IMG/VR virus record: IMGVR_UViG_3300045988_143605 | Location: 1 to 64,000 of that record | Origin: a virus | Direction: 5' to 3' (one strand) | Length of the DNA: 64,000 bases | Shown here: in pieces, positions 15,262 to 25,212 of the stretch | Layout of the letters: every line of letters starts with the position of its first letter | How positions within the stretch are numbered: the stretch's first letter is position 1 | The notes under the pieces: model-generated | Seen by the model: the letters and a program-made list of their open reading frames with translations, nothing else | Databases searched by the model: none | What the model was told of the DNA's origin: nothing | Position numbers and translations under genes: made by a program

Positions 15262-15765
15262 ATGACAAAGGAAAATATTGAGAAAATAACCACACCTTTT
15301 CAATCTTTAGACGCTAAAGATATTTCGGTGGAAGAAAAGAAGTCGTTGTCTGATTTTATGCAGGCAAAAGGTTTCTCTGCCGCCACTTTTTATCTGCGTT
15401 TCTTTAAAAACGGCTTTTCCGCATGGGAAATAGTCGGCATTAATGAATGTAAAAAACAATTCTTAGCTATGCCAGAAATAGCTGAGCTATTTTTGCAGTA
15501 TGCTGGAGACGAAGCGCAGGGAAATCTTAAGGGTGACAAGGGTTATCTATACATCTTGTCCAAGAGCGACAAGGCAGGCGTTTTCTACGAATGCCTGAAA
15601 CGTGCCAACACGGGACTTTGCAAAAAGTTCTTCGACTTTATGAACGAACGTGGCATGAGCACCGGCACGGTTATCAAGCGTTTTACTACTGACAACTGGA
15701 AAGCCTGGGAGGCTAACGGCATTAAAAATTATCTTAATCAGTTCAACCTAAAACATAATAAATAA
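15262..15765 (+). CDS. Cro/antirepressor-like protein with internal duplication
   Basis: Divergent from the repressor. Two similar segments: GFSAATFYLRFFKNGFSAWEIVGI and GMSTGTVIKRFTTDNWKAWEANGI. Confidence 0.5.
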   Translation: MTKENIEKITTPFQSLDAKDISVEEKKSLSDFMQAKGFSAATFYLRFFKNGFSAWEIVGINECKKQFLAMPEIAELFLQYAGDEAQGNLKGDKGYLYILSKSDKAGVFYECLKRANTGLCKKFFDFMNERGMSTGTVIKRFTTDNWKAWEANGIKNYLNQFNLKHNK

Positions 15766-15768
15766 AAA

Positions 15769-16449
15769 ATGATAGATATTACATTAGATTTAGAGACCTG
15801 TGCGCTCGCCCCTACAGCTGCTGTGATGAGTGTCGGAGCTGTATTATGGAAGCGTGACGGAGAAAAATCACCTTTCTATATCTATAGTGGCAGCGAAGCT
15901 GTTAAATATCCTACGTTCTCTGCTCACGTTGATTTGCGAGGAATGTTTGTGGATGGTTTTACTTTCGACAAGCAGACTGCTGATTGGTGGCAACATGAGA
16001 GCGAAGAAGCCAGAGCTTCCGTTCTCGAAAGTGATGACGATGCTACACTGTGTTCACCCATTCAGACTATCGTGCGCAACCTTTTTGAATGGATTAAAGA
16101 AATCAAGGACACATTGCACGACAAGGATGTATGCCTTTGGTCGCAAGGTTCAGATTTCGACATCGCCATCTTGCGGAATATATGTTATAAGTATCAGTTG
16201 GACATAAACGTCCTCGTACATTACACCTACTTCCGTGACCACCGCACATTTGTTTATGAGGCTGCTCAACTGTTATGCAATGCACGCGGCGTGCCTTATA
16301 GTCCTAAAATGGCATACGACATTGTGGAGGATTATAAGAACGTGGAGAGAGGTGCAGAGCATGACCCTGTGTTCGACTGTAAGCGCAGCATCTATTCAAC
16401 CTGGCAGATGATGAAGCAACTGAATCATCTGAAATATTTGGAACAATAA
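15769..16449 (+). CDS. DEDDh 3'-5' exonuclease (DnaQ-like fold)
   Basis: Exo I DLET, Exo II WSQGSDFD, Exo III HDPVFD (H-x4-D). Confidence 0.75.
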   Translation: MIDITLDLETCALAPTAAVMSVGAVLWKRDGEKSPFYIYSGSEAVKYPTFSAHVDLRGMFVDGFTFDKQTADWWQHESEEARASVLESDDDATLCSPIQTIVRNLFEWIKEIKDTLHDKDVCLWSQGSDFDIAILRNICYKYQLDINVLVHYTYFRDHRTFVYEAAQLLCNARGVPYSPKMAYDIVEDYKNVERGAEHDPVFDCKRSIYSTWQMMKQLNHLKYLEQ

Positions 16450-16802
16450 TGCCTACGCATCGGAAGAATCTGCACCGAATAGCCTATACCGAGGTGTTGC
16501 GTGACGATGAGGGCGACTCTCGTGTTTTGCTTTTCCATGCTCCATTTGCCTTAGTGAGGGACGTGTGCCAGAAATTGTTTACGATGATGCATGGTAATGT
16601 GGGGAATATAATAGTACTAAACGAGCATTCCTGCCGAGTGAAAAACGGCAAATGTTATTGGCGTGTGGCTGTGGAGATAATCGGTCTTAACGAGAGCTTT
16701 ATTTCGTTCAAGGAGTTCGTGCTGATGCTGATTAACTGCATGAAGAACTTGGCTAACTGCACCATCCGGCACTTCCGCACGGAGACGTTTCTGAACTTAT
16801 AA
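16449..16802 (+). CDS. hypothetical protein (117 aa)
   Basis: TAATG stop/start overlap with the upstream gene. Confidence 0.45.
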   Translation: MPTHRKNLHRIAYTEVLRDDEGDSRVLLFHAPFALVRDVCQKLFTMMHGNVGNIIVLNEHSCRVKNGKCYWRVAVEIIGLNESFISFKEFVLMLINCMKNLANCTIRHFRTETFLNL

Positions 16803-16832
16803 ATAACAAATGTAAAAAACAAAAAGAATAAA

Positions 16833-16956
16833 GGACAGCACGACGATGGAGGTAGCGGTAACGCCTTCCTATAAGTAAGCCTCGCCAGTAATAAGGAACT
16901 GAGGACCTCGGAGACTGGGCAAGACTGAAAGAAGTTAGGTGCATCGTCGGCTGTTC
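16833..16956 (+). ncRNA. candidate structured RNA / 5' leader upstream of the primase-helicase
   Basis: A 15-bp closing helix (16833-16848 with 16942-16956, one bulge) encloses ~93 nt. The enclosed region contains a GNRA-capped hairpin GCG-GTAA-CGC (16855-16864) flanked by GGAGG/CTTCC. It is followed by a T-rich tract and then ATG 16982. Confidence 0.3.
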
Positions 16957-16981
16957 TTTCTTTTAATCATAAATAGACACT

Positions 16982-19900
16982 ATGTTCTTTCATCCTATCA
17001 TAAACCGCCTTGCGAACATCGACCTGCACCTTCTAATGAAGTCTGCCACGGAGCAGCGCATCGAAGGCCAGACAGCGTGTTTCTGCCCTATCTGCAAGAG
17101 GTGGCAGGATGCCGATGTCAAGCAGACACCCCACTTCATTATCTATGAAAATGAGCGAGGTGGTCTGTATTCGGGCGTTGGAGCCGATAACCGTCAGGCT
17201 GAGCAGGGTGCTGTAAAATGGAAATGCACCAAGACGGGAAAGACCGGTTACGGAGCGATAGAACTATGTGCGGCAATAATGAATCTTCCTATGCACGGGG
17301 CGAGTTTGCAACGTATCTGCCAACGACTTGTCAAGAATGTGTATGGCGACAGCGAAGAGGTGAAGTCAGCCTTTCCCGAAGTGTTTGCTAAGATGGACTA
17401 CCGCACCATTGCGCAACAGACCATTGAGACGTTTTCGTTCATGCCGAAGACCGATTTCTCGCCCCAAGAGTTGGCGGCTTTAGGTTGTGAGGTGACGCTT
17501 GACAAAGGATTGCCACGCTTCGGCTTTGGCAAGACCTTCACACCAGACTTGCTGAATAAGGACTTCCGCATCTATTCGTTGCTGAGTGTGACGCTGCCCG
17601 ACGTGATACGCGACGGTCAGCATGTGAGTGAGATTATCCACGGCACACCCTGGAATCCTCTTTTCGTATGCTTCGCCTCGCAAGAGATTGGACCGCAAAA
17701 CTCCTACGGCTGCTTCTTCCGTCCGGCGATGGCAGGGAGTGAACCGATAGTGTTCTCTACAGCCGAGGAGCACAGCGTGAGGAAGGTGAGCAAGTGGTTG
17801 ATGGGTGACAACGTATTTGTATATGCAATGGATCAGCGTAAAAGCGACAATACAGCCGTACATGCTGCCATCGCCAAGTACGACCCCGAAGAGAAATATA
17901 CCGAGACTAAGGAGGTATGGGAGGAGAATGAGACCAAGGACGGAGAACCGAGAGGTACGTTCAAAAGAGTGGACGCAAAAATTCCCACCGCCGAGATAAA
18001 AGCCCGCAACATCGTTTTTTGCCGTACACCCGAAGACGCATTGAGCGTGTATTATGCCATGCGTTCCCTGCGTCTTGACAAGACGGAAGACCAGCATTTC
18101 CAAAACTTCTGTTGGTATCATGTGGCGTTTTCTATTGGTCGCAGAAACTTCTGGTATATCGAGCGTGGCGAGTGGAAACGGGAGAATCTTGATTTCAGTG
18201 CCGTGCAATACCAGAAGATGAACCGCTTTGCCGAGCACGTCATCATCCTATACCCCAACGATATTGCATCACAGCGCGACTGTGGAGCTATATGCGCCAA
18301 GTTCAGCTCATTGTACTATGCAATGCTGCCCGAAGGTTTCCGCTCACGTTATTGCCGACGCTGGCAATGGCTATATGGCTGCTCTCCCCGAAGTGTGCGC
18401 GACTATCTGCTGACATACACCATGAACGCAGAAGAAAACTTCCAGTTCGACCATGACCTTCGCCTTCCACTCTACTCCCGATTGCGTGGAGCCAGGAATA
18501 CGGAACCTTTCGAGATAGAATATCCGCGTGACCCTCGAAGTGGAAAACCAAAGCCACCTACCTGCAAGGTATCGCCTACGCGATTGTGGCTTTTTATGAC
18601 CGCTCACGGATATTACCGCATGATAGACCCAGAGAGCACCGACCTCGTGGGGCAGTATATCCACCTGAACAAATGTTTTGTGGAGTATATCGATGCTAAG
18701 AGTATCATCCAGGCAGCAAAGACAATACTTTTGGAATATATAGAACAGGCATGGCGCCATAGCGACAACGAGCGACGTTTGATGTCCGACTGTGCCAATA
18801 TGGTGGACAAGACCTTCACGGAGAAGTCTGCCGGAGGTTTGCAGAGTATGGTGATTAACTTTGCCGACGCCTTCGATGCAAAGACGGAGTATTTTTACTT
18901 CAACAATGTGGCATTGAAGATAACGCCCGAGAGCATCCACACGGTGTCTTACGATGACATCAACTTTTTCATTCCATCGCTTGCCAAGAAGCCGTATGAC
19001 TTCACGATGCGGGTGTTCAAGATACCGTTCACCATCACTGAGAGACAGGAATACCGCGACCGACTGGAAGCGATAGACAAGAAGGAGAAGATGCAGAACC
19101 AGGACGGGTCGCCTGTGTACACCTACGACGAGATAAAACAAATGCGTGGCGACCTTATGGAATGGGCGCAGACATATCGTTGGGATGTCAACTGGCAAGG
19201 ACAGCAAGAAAAAGATCTTTGGCCTATCCTGCGTATCGTGCGCGGATTCTCAAATACCCTCTGGGAACGAGAAAAAGACGCACAGCGCAACAAAGAACAA
19301 CTCTCCGAGGACGAAAAAGCCGTAATGAACGCACATTTCGCCAATATGCTTTCGTGCATCGGACGTTTGTGCTTCCGTTCATGGGAAGGGATGAAGAACA
19401 TTGCTCCCTATCTTTTGGAAGACAATATTCCCGACGAGAAACAGGCGGCAGGTGGCTCGGGTAAATCGGTGTTAGTGAACACAGTGGTAGGCTCGGCTGT
19501 AAACGTGCTGCCAGTGGACATGAAGGATTTCATGATAGTCACCGATGCTAAATTTGCCCTCACCGATTTGCTTCTATATCCAGGCAAGTATCGTGTGGTG
19601 CATTGGGAGGACAAACAGAAGAGTTTCCCTATGAAGTACTTCTACAACAAGGTTACTCAAGGCACAAAGGTAGAGAAGAAGTTTGGCGACCCTGTAGGTC
19701 TGAAGATGGACGACTCGCCCATTCACGTTATCACGAGCAATAGCCCTTTGAGTGACGACGACCCCTCGACAATCGGCCGTTTTCCTTTGGTTAGTTTCTC
19801 TGACCGCTTTGCGCGAGAGAATCAGCAAAAACACCAGCCGGAACGATCACCGTCGGAACTGATGAAAAACTTCGACCCAACCCCGGAGAAGCTCACCGAC

Positions 19901-20641
19901 ACCGACCGCAACCAAGCCATTTATATCTGCGCCTTAGCAGTGCAGTTCCTGATGCGCTATCACACTTTTGCCATTGCACCTCAAGGCAATGTGCGTCGCC
20001 GTCAGATGGTACAGAAGCTCACCGAGAGCATCGTGCGCTACTTCGAGTGGTTCTTCTCTCGCAATGAGGTGTATGGTGTGCCGATATGCACGGATGATAT
20101 GTTCAATGAGTTTATGCGCGATTGGGCTGACGCTTCCGAGGGTAAGAGCAAGGAGTATAGTCGAGCTACATTCAAGAAGAAGATATACGACTATTGCGAT
20201 AATATGTCGATAACATGCAACCCGAAGCATCTCTTCGAGAATGAGAGCGACAAGCAGCGGAAATGCTTCAAGCTCCAGGCGTGGGTAACGCAGGAATACT
20301 TTACTGGTCGTGAATGGGAGAATGACAACACCATTGAGCCGAAGTTCATCCGCTATCTGCAAACCTCCAAGCATGTGTTCTTCTTCTTCCGTCCTGGCAA
20401 GGACGCAATGCCGAAGGATTACCGAGAGCTCAAACGCATAGCTAAGCAATATTCCGAGCAGCCTGACCCGCTGCCATTCCGAGACGATGACGGCAATATT
20501 GTACAGCTCACCGATGAAGAGAAAGAACGCTGGGAGAACAACAAGACACGCAAACAGGGTAGGCGAATGGCGGCACCTGCGGCAACGAATAACACAATGG
20601 CAAGTGTTTCGGATATAAAAGATGAAGACTTGCCGTTCTAA
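16982..20641 (+). CDS. DNA primase-helicase (Zn-finger primase N-terminus, SF3/D5-like P-loop C-terminus)
   Basis: CHC2-like Zn finger (CFCPICKRW ... WKCTKTG), possible Toprim acidic motifs, and Walker A AAGGSGKS. 1219 aa. Ends DEDLPF. Confidence 0.85.
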   Translation: MFFHPIINRLANIDLHLLMKSATEQRIEGQTACFCPICKRWQDADVKQTPHFIIYENERGGLYSGVGADNRQAEQGAVKWKCTKTGKTGYGAIELCAAIMNLPMHGASLQRICQRLVKNVYGDSEEVKSAFPEVFAKMDYRTIAQQTIETFSFMPKTDFSPQELAALGCEVTLDKGLPRFGFGKTFTPDLLNKDFRIYSLLSVTLPDVIRDGQHVSEIIHGTPWNPLFVCFASQEIGPQNSYGCFFRPAMAGSEPIVFSTAEEHSVRKVSKWLMGDNVFVYAMDQRKSDNTAVHAAIAKYDPEEKYTETKEVWEENETKDGEPRGTFKRVDAKIPTAEIKARNIVFCRTPEDALSVYYAMRSLRLDKTEDQHFQNFCWYHVAFSIGRRNFWYIERGEWKRENLDFSAVQYQKMNRFAEHVIILYPNDIASQRDCGAICAKFSSLYYAMLPEGFRSRYCRRWQWLYGCSPRSVRDYLLTYTMNAEENFQFDHDLRLPLYSRLRGARNTEPFEIEYPRDPRSGKPKPPTCKVSPTRLWLFMTAHGYYRMIDPESTDLVGQYIHLNKCFVEYIDAKSIIQAAKTILLEYIEQAWRHSDNERRLMSDCANMVDKTFTEKSAGGLQSMVINFADAFDAKTEYFYFNNVALKITPESIHTVSYDDINFFIPSLAKKPYDFTMRVFKIPFTITERQEYRDRLEAIDKKEKMQNQDGSPVYTYDEIKQMRGDLMEWAQTYRWDVNWQGQQEKDLWPILRIVRGFSNTLWEREKDAQRNKEQLSEDEKAVMNAHFANMLSCIGRLCFRSWEGMKNIAPYLLEDNIPDEKQAAGGSGKSVLVNTVVGSAVNVLPVDMKDFMIVTDAKFALTDLLLYPGKYRVVHWEDKQKSFPMKYFYNKVTQGTKVEKKFGDPVGLKMDDSPIHVITSNSPLSDDDPSTIGRFPLVSFSDRFARENQQKHQPERSPSELMKNFDPTPEKLTDTDRNQAIYICALAVQFLMRYHTFAIAPQGNVRRRQMVQKLTESIVRYFEWFFSRNEVYGVPICTDDMFNEFMRDWADASEGKSKEYSRATFKKKIYDYCDNMSITCNPKHLFENESDKQRKCFKLQAWVTQEYFTGREWENDNTIEPKFIRYLQTSKHVFFFFRPGKDAMPKDYRELKRIAKQYSEQPDPLPFRDDDGNIVQLTDEEKERWENNKTRKQGRRMAAPAATNNTMASVSDIKDEDLPF

Positions 20642-20704
20642 TGAGCAGAAAAATTTTTGTCGGTGTTTTTATAGAAATATGTATAACATTTAAAAATATA
20701 GAGT

Positions 20705-21202
20705 ATGAAATTATATCGTTTTATGTCAATCGCCGAGTGCTATAAACTTCTTAAAGGTGAGACGTTAGTAAACAGTACCGACCACAGCGTAAAGTGCGGT
20801 CCTGCAAGTACAGCAAAAGGCTTTTGCTTCGGCATTGGCGACGAGGAACAGGCAAAGAAAGCCTTACGCCGGTTGCGTGGAATCGTAAGTACTGACATCC
20901 TTATGGTGTTCGAGCCGAAGGACATTGGAAAGTTTACTTCTTGCCAGGGTCGCTATATCGACTACGACAAGATAGACGCAGAGGGAAAGACCATTTATGA
21001 TTATCCTATAAAGTCTACGCCTACCAAATACTTTGATGAGTATTGCATTAGCAGTTATTCTCGCGATGACATTGATATTGATGTCTTGGAGAAAGATATA
21101 TTACCAACTTTTGTAGTTGATTTTCATAAACATAATGCGAACATTTACCCCCCCACAATGCAAAAGTTGCATTTCCTTCGACCACATAAAAAGCAGCTGT
21201 AG
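20705..21202 (+). CDS. hypothetical protein (165 aa)
   Basis: Start context AAATATAGAGTATGAAA is shared with other accessory genes. Confidence 0.5.
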   Translation: MKLYRFMSIAECYKLLKGETLVNSTDHSVKCGPASTAKGFCFGIGDEEQAKKALRRLRGIVSTDILMVFEPKDIGKFTSCQGRYIDYDKIDAEGKTIYDYPIKSTPTKYFDEYCISSYSRDDIDIDVLEKDILPTFVVDFHKHNANIYPPTMQKLHFLRPHKKQL

Positions 21203-21413
21203 AGAAGAGAGCTCATCGCTGTTCGGCGGAAGCATCAGTCCGCTGCACCTTGCTTGTGACAAGTTTATCAGCCTGAGCAAGGTGTATGCACCTAAGAACC
21301 GAGTAAAGAAATGGTATAAGGTGCGCACGATGGACGATATGAGCGACAGTAGAGCGAGACTCTATTAGACAGAAAGTAATAATTAAATTAACAATCAAAA
21401 AACAACAAACAAG

Positions 21414-22019
21414 ATGGCAAGTTACAACGGCAACATCGACCTGCTTTCCTTAAACGGAGCGCAGGTGTTCAAGGGTATCGACACGAATAACCCAGAACGA
21501 GTGTATGTCTGCATACCGGCAGACTTGAACGAAATCAAAGTAGAGCAGGCTCCTAAAGATCCTACTCGCACATTAGCAAAGATGCGTGTGAACATCTGGC
21601 CACTCAACGAGCAGTACAAGGCGAAGGTGCGCCAGGCGGCTTTGGAGCGAGGCGACAGCAACGTGACAGTACCCACGCACGAAATGCAGATGTCTTATTC
21701 GGTTGACTATATCAAGGCAGTCGCACTGAAATTCCCGAAGCTCGTTGAACAGGTAAAGGAATCCAACAAGGGACGTGACCCCGAGATTGTCAATCAAGAC
21801 TTTACCGACGAGAACACCCACCTTTTTAAGGCTATCCGTCAGCGCATGAACAAGCGTCTGGCTATGCTCTATCAACCGCAGACCACACAGCAGCCTTCAC
21901 CATACGCCACATCGAATGTAGGCGTAGCAGGAGCAGCCACTGGATATGTAGCCCCTGCAGAGAATACCGATCCTCTCGCTGGCTATACCGATGTCAACGA
22001 AGACGACCTGCCGTTTTAA
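21414..22019 (+). CDS. SSB-like protein (acidic SSB-type C-terminal tail)
   Basis: Gln/Pro/Gly-rich linker followed by ...DVNEDDLPF (compare bacterial SSB DDDIPF). Sits in the replication block. The N-terminal fold was not verified. Confidence 0.5.
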   Translation: MASYNGNIDLLSLNGAQVFKGIDTNNPERVYVCIPADLNEIKVEQAPKDPTRTLAKMRVNIWPLNEQYKAKVRQAALERGDSNVTVPTHEMQMSYSVDYIKAVALKFPKLVEQVKESNKGRDPEIVNQDFTDENTHLFKAIRQRMNKRLAMLYQPQTTQQPSPYATSNVGVAGAATGYVAPAENTDPLAGYTDVNEDDLPF

Positions 22020-22132
22020 GAATTAGGAGTTTTGGGTTTTGAATTTTGAATTGTTCATTTTTGATTTGACGTTTCACCATTCAATAATCCAAAACTCAAC
22101 AACTAAAAACTAATAAATAACAAATAATAATT

Positions 22133-23317
22133 ATGAAACTTCAAACCCAATCATCCAAGGCCCTACACGCAGCCCTTAGCAAGTCGGCAAAGTGTATCGG
22201 CTCCAAGAACACCATAGTTATTCTCGATAATGTGTTGTTGACACGCAAGGGGGAGCAGTTCTTCCTAACTTCGTCAACCACCGAGGCGCAGCTTACCATT
22301 CCAGCACCGCTCACCATTTGTAGCGGCAAGTTCGACCGGGATATTGTACTGCCCATCAAGATGCTTAGTGCGCTGTTAAGCACTCTGCCCGATTGCGTGG
22401 TCACATTCGATATACCCGATAATGGTCAGTCATTTACCGTAGAATATTGCACCAGCCGTGAGGATAAGGTGAAGCCTGGCAAGGCGCAGATGTATTTCTT
22501 TCCTGGAGATGATTTTCCACAGATGGTGCAGCCGAAAGCCGAGCAGTCTACAATAGTCACGCTGCCCATGTCGCTGTTCCGCTCCGTTGTAGACACCACC
22601 GATAAGTTTGTCTTCCCCAATGAGCTTCGCCCTATACTCTCAAGTCTGTGTATCGACGTAGCCGAAGACCGTTCCGAAATAGTGTTTGTTGGCACCAACG
22701 GTCATACTCTTGTTAAGGTGAGACATAGTAATGACCCAGCAAAGGGAGGCAGCGACTTTTTCCGTAGTGGTACCCCCTGCAAGACGCTTATCCATCGCAA
22801 CTATTTCCGCACGCTTTCTGCCTTTGATGGCAGCGAGGACATAACCATTGAGAACTACGGTCATACCATCCGATTCACTTCGGGCGACACCGAACTGATA
22901 TGCAAGCATCTGGAGGGCAAATATCCCAACTATAACGCTGTCATTCCCAAGTCCAACCCATTCTATGTAGTTTTCGACAAAAAGGAGATGCTCGACATTC
23001 TGCGCCGTGTCAGTCTGTTCTCAAATAACGCAAGCAATCTCGTAGAGATGAAGAAAAGCGACATGTTCCTCACCGTGTCTGCCAGCGATGCCGACTTTGC
23101 AATATCGGGCGAAGATCAGGTGTGTATAGCCCGCGCCCAGTGTGACGATAACTTCCGCATCGGAATAAAGTCAACAATATTTCAAACTTGCATCAACTCT
23201 ATTCCATCGGACACGATACGTATGCAGTTGCTCGACGCTTCTCACGCAGTCGTTCTCACAGCCGACGAGCCTGCGCCAAAGGTATTATCGCTGTGCATGC
23301 CGATGCTGATTGATTAA
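22133..23317 (+). CDS. dnaN: DNA polymerase III beta sliding clamp homologue
   Basis: 394 aa. The N-terminus (...KNTIVILDNVLLTRKGEQFFLTSSTTEAQLTI...) follows the DnaN pattern. Confidence 0.8.
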   Translation: MKLQTQSSKALHAALSKSAKCIGSKNTIVILDNVLLTRKGEQFFLTSSTTEAQLTIPAPLTICSGKFDRDIVLPIKMLSALLSTLPDCVVTFDIPDNGQSFTVEYCTSREDKVKPGKAQMYFFPGDDFPQMVQPKAEQSTIVTLPMSLFRSVVDTTDKFVFPNELRPILSSLCIDVAEDRSEIVFVGTNGHTLVKVRHSNDPAKGGSDFFRSGTPCKTLIHRNYFRTLSAFDGSEDITIENYGHTIRFTSGDTELICKHLEGKYPNYNAVIPKSNPFYVVFDKKEMLDILRRVSLFSNNASNLVEMKKSDMFLTVSASDADFAISGEDQVCIARAQCDDNFRIGIKSTIFQTCINSIPSDTIRMQLLDASHAVVLTADEPAPKVLSLCMPMLID

Positions 23318-23341
23318 ATTCATAATTAAAATTTACAGAAT

Positions 23342-23977
23342 ATGGACGATACTCTCCTCTTCATTCCGCCTTGTTGCGTAGACCAAAAGCTGCCCAAGGC
23401 CGTTATTCAGGCACCTCACTGCCAGCTCACGTTCTACACACATGGCGACGTGACGGCGGAGAAGTTCTATAAGGCATTGAGTCACCTCATGATAGACGCT
23501 CATATCATGGCGCTCACTATGACTTCACCTAAGCAAGAGACATTTATGTTTCTTGAGCAGTGCTTCGAGCGAGGTTGGATAACACGTCTCGTGCTGTCCA
23601 CCTACCGCTCGTGCGACACGCTCATGGAAAAATACCTCAGCGATTATGCCGATCGCATCATCTATGCGCAAAGCGACGATGTGAGCGAGCTAAGTAGCCA
23701 TTTGGTGCTCTATAATAAGGATAGGGCGTTAACCCTTAGCGGACCGATGTACGACCGGCCGCAGACAGATGTGCGTCTCGCCTCATATACACTCGTGTTT
23801 CACCCATCGCATCTCCTTAACTCTACATCCGACTGGGGTAATTCGCTACGCAACATCCTATTCCCCGACGTTCTGCGTCATCGTAAGAAGATTTTCTCTG
23901 GAGGCATAAAACGAATAAAAGACAGGGAAATAGATAGGTTTATACACCTTGAATTTCCACCATTAAAAGAACTCTAA
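23342..23977 (+). CDS. hypothetical protein (211 aa)
   Basis: ORF in the same orientation, directly after dnaN. Confidence 0.5.
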   Translation: MDDTLLFIPPCCVDQKLPKAVIQAPHCQLTFYTHGDVTAEKFYKALSHLMIDAHIMALTMTSPKQETFMFLEQCFERGWITRLVLSTYRSCDTLMEKYLSDYADRIIYAQSDDVSELSSHLVLYNKDRALTLSGPMYDRPQTDVRLASYTLVFHPSHLLNSTSDWGNSLRNILFPDVLRHRKKIFSGGIKRIKDREIDRFIHLEFPPLKEL

Positions 23978-23978
23978 T

Positions 23979-24290
23979 ATGAGAACAATCACACAATCCT
24001 ATACCGAGCTTCGCCGCTATATGGAAAAGTGGCAATGGAACGACCCTCGCACGGGGCAACGTGTCACTGGTTTCAATCCCCCGCAGACAGCACGCAACGT
24101 GGCACGTATGCCGTTCTACATACGTTTCCTTACCAAGACGGGACATGTAGACACCGGCACCTGCGTCTGTCTCTCGGTTGACACCATACGCCACCAGCGC
24201 AAGGTGCAGTTTGTAGAGAGTGGCGAGATAAGGGTTGTCAACGATATACTCGTGCTGGAAGTAGACGGTACGAGATTTATAACGCATTAA
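23979..24290 (+). CDS. hypothetical protein (103 aa)
   Basis: Tightly packed after the previous ORF. Confidence 0.5.
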   Translation: MRTITQSYTELRRYMEKWQWNDPRTGQRVTGFNPPQTARNVARMPFYIRFLTKTGHVDTGTCVCLSVDTIRHQRKVQFVESGEIRVVNDILVLEVDGTRFITH

Positions 24291-24373
24291 AGATTTGTTC
24301 TAAGTATATAAGTACATAGTTAATTAGACTATTCATTTTCGATTGTTAAGCGTACCAATGTTAATTCCAGATC

Positions 24374-24405
24374 AATTCTTCGGTTCGTGAGAATAGAAGA
24401 ATTTT
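24374..24405 (+). terminator. terminator hairpin with GTTCGTGAGAATA loop
   Basis: AATTCTTC pairs with GAAGAATT (8 bp) around the loop at 24382-24395, followed by TTTT. Confidence 0.55.
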
Positions 24406-24438
24406 GCTCATTGATTATTCACTTAAAATCCAAATATT

Positions 24439-24993
24439 ATGTGGAATCCATTTAAACGAGAAAATAAGCATTTGAAGGAATTGCAAGACGTTAGTCAGAT
24501 GACTGCAATCCTTGAAAAGTTAAGTCGCCGAGGTGTTATCTTCTGGCGCGAGAAAGATAAGATTCTTCTTATAGAGGAATATTTCGTTAGGTTGAAGTTG
24601 GCAGAGGGCCGTGAGGGATTTCTAAAATTTCTCAACCAGGTTGTCGCATGGCAAAACCTTAAACTCTTTGCCGAAGCCTATGAAGCACGCCGTATCAATG
24701 TCGAGGCAGCTGCTGTACGTAAGGCACGCAAGCAGTTTGCCAACTTGACCAAAGCCGATATCATGCGCATCCGTCAGGAGGCAAGAGAGAATATGCCGAT
24801 GTTGCCCATCGAGCAACTCGATTGCGTCAAAGAGTTCGATATCTTTGTGGTGCGTGCCAGTACACCGGCTGTTATGGAGGCTACGGAAGAGAATGGGCAG
24901 TTGCTCGCCCTTGGCCACTATGACGGAGAGAAGGTAGAGATGTCCATGTACGACGATATAAAGTATAACCTTCAGCGTAATGACGATGATTAA
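24439..24993 (+). CDS. hypothetical protein (184 aa)
   Basis: ORF in the same orientation as its neighbours. Confidence 0.5.
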   Translation: MWNPFKRENKHLKELQDVSQMTAILEKLSRRGVIFWREKDKILLIEEYFVRLKLAEGREGFLKFLNQVVAWQNLKLFAEAYEARRINVEAAAVRKARKQFANLTKADIMRIRQEARENMPMLPIEQLDCVKEFDIFVVRASTPAVMEATEENGQLLALGHYDGEKVEMSMYDDIKYNLQRNDDD

Positions 24994-25212
24994 AGTTGCC
25001 TTCAAGGACGGAACATACGTCATTTGCCCAGAATGCAATGAAAAGATATACATTATTGAATGAGTATAAATAGCATCAAACATAAAACATGAAAATATTC
25101 GATTGCAACAAACAATGCAAATACTGCACGGCGATATTCTGCGAGGAAATGGAAAAAGGAAAGTATATCAAAACTGAACAGACAAACAAAGCAAAATAAA
25201 AACAATAAGACT

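Noticed and set aside
17480-19207. Minus-strand ORFs of 252 aa and 278 aa inside the primase-helicase gene.
   Set aside because: They are antisense shadows of a 1219-aa ORF with clear Zn-finger and Walker A motifs. They have no promoter or start context of their own.
22452-22466. CCGTGAGGATAAG inside dnaN resembles the conserved hairpin loop GTCCGTGAGGATA.
   Set aside because: It has no flanking complementary arms and lies in a coding sequence (SREDKV), so it is probably a chance match.
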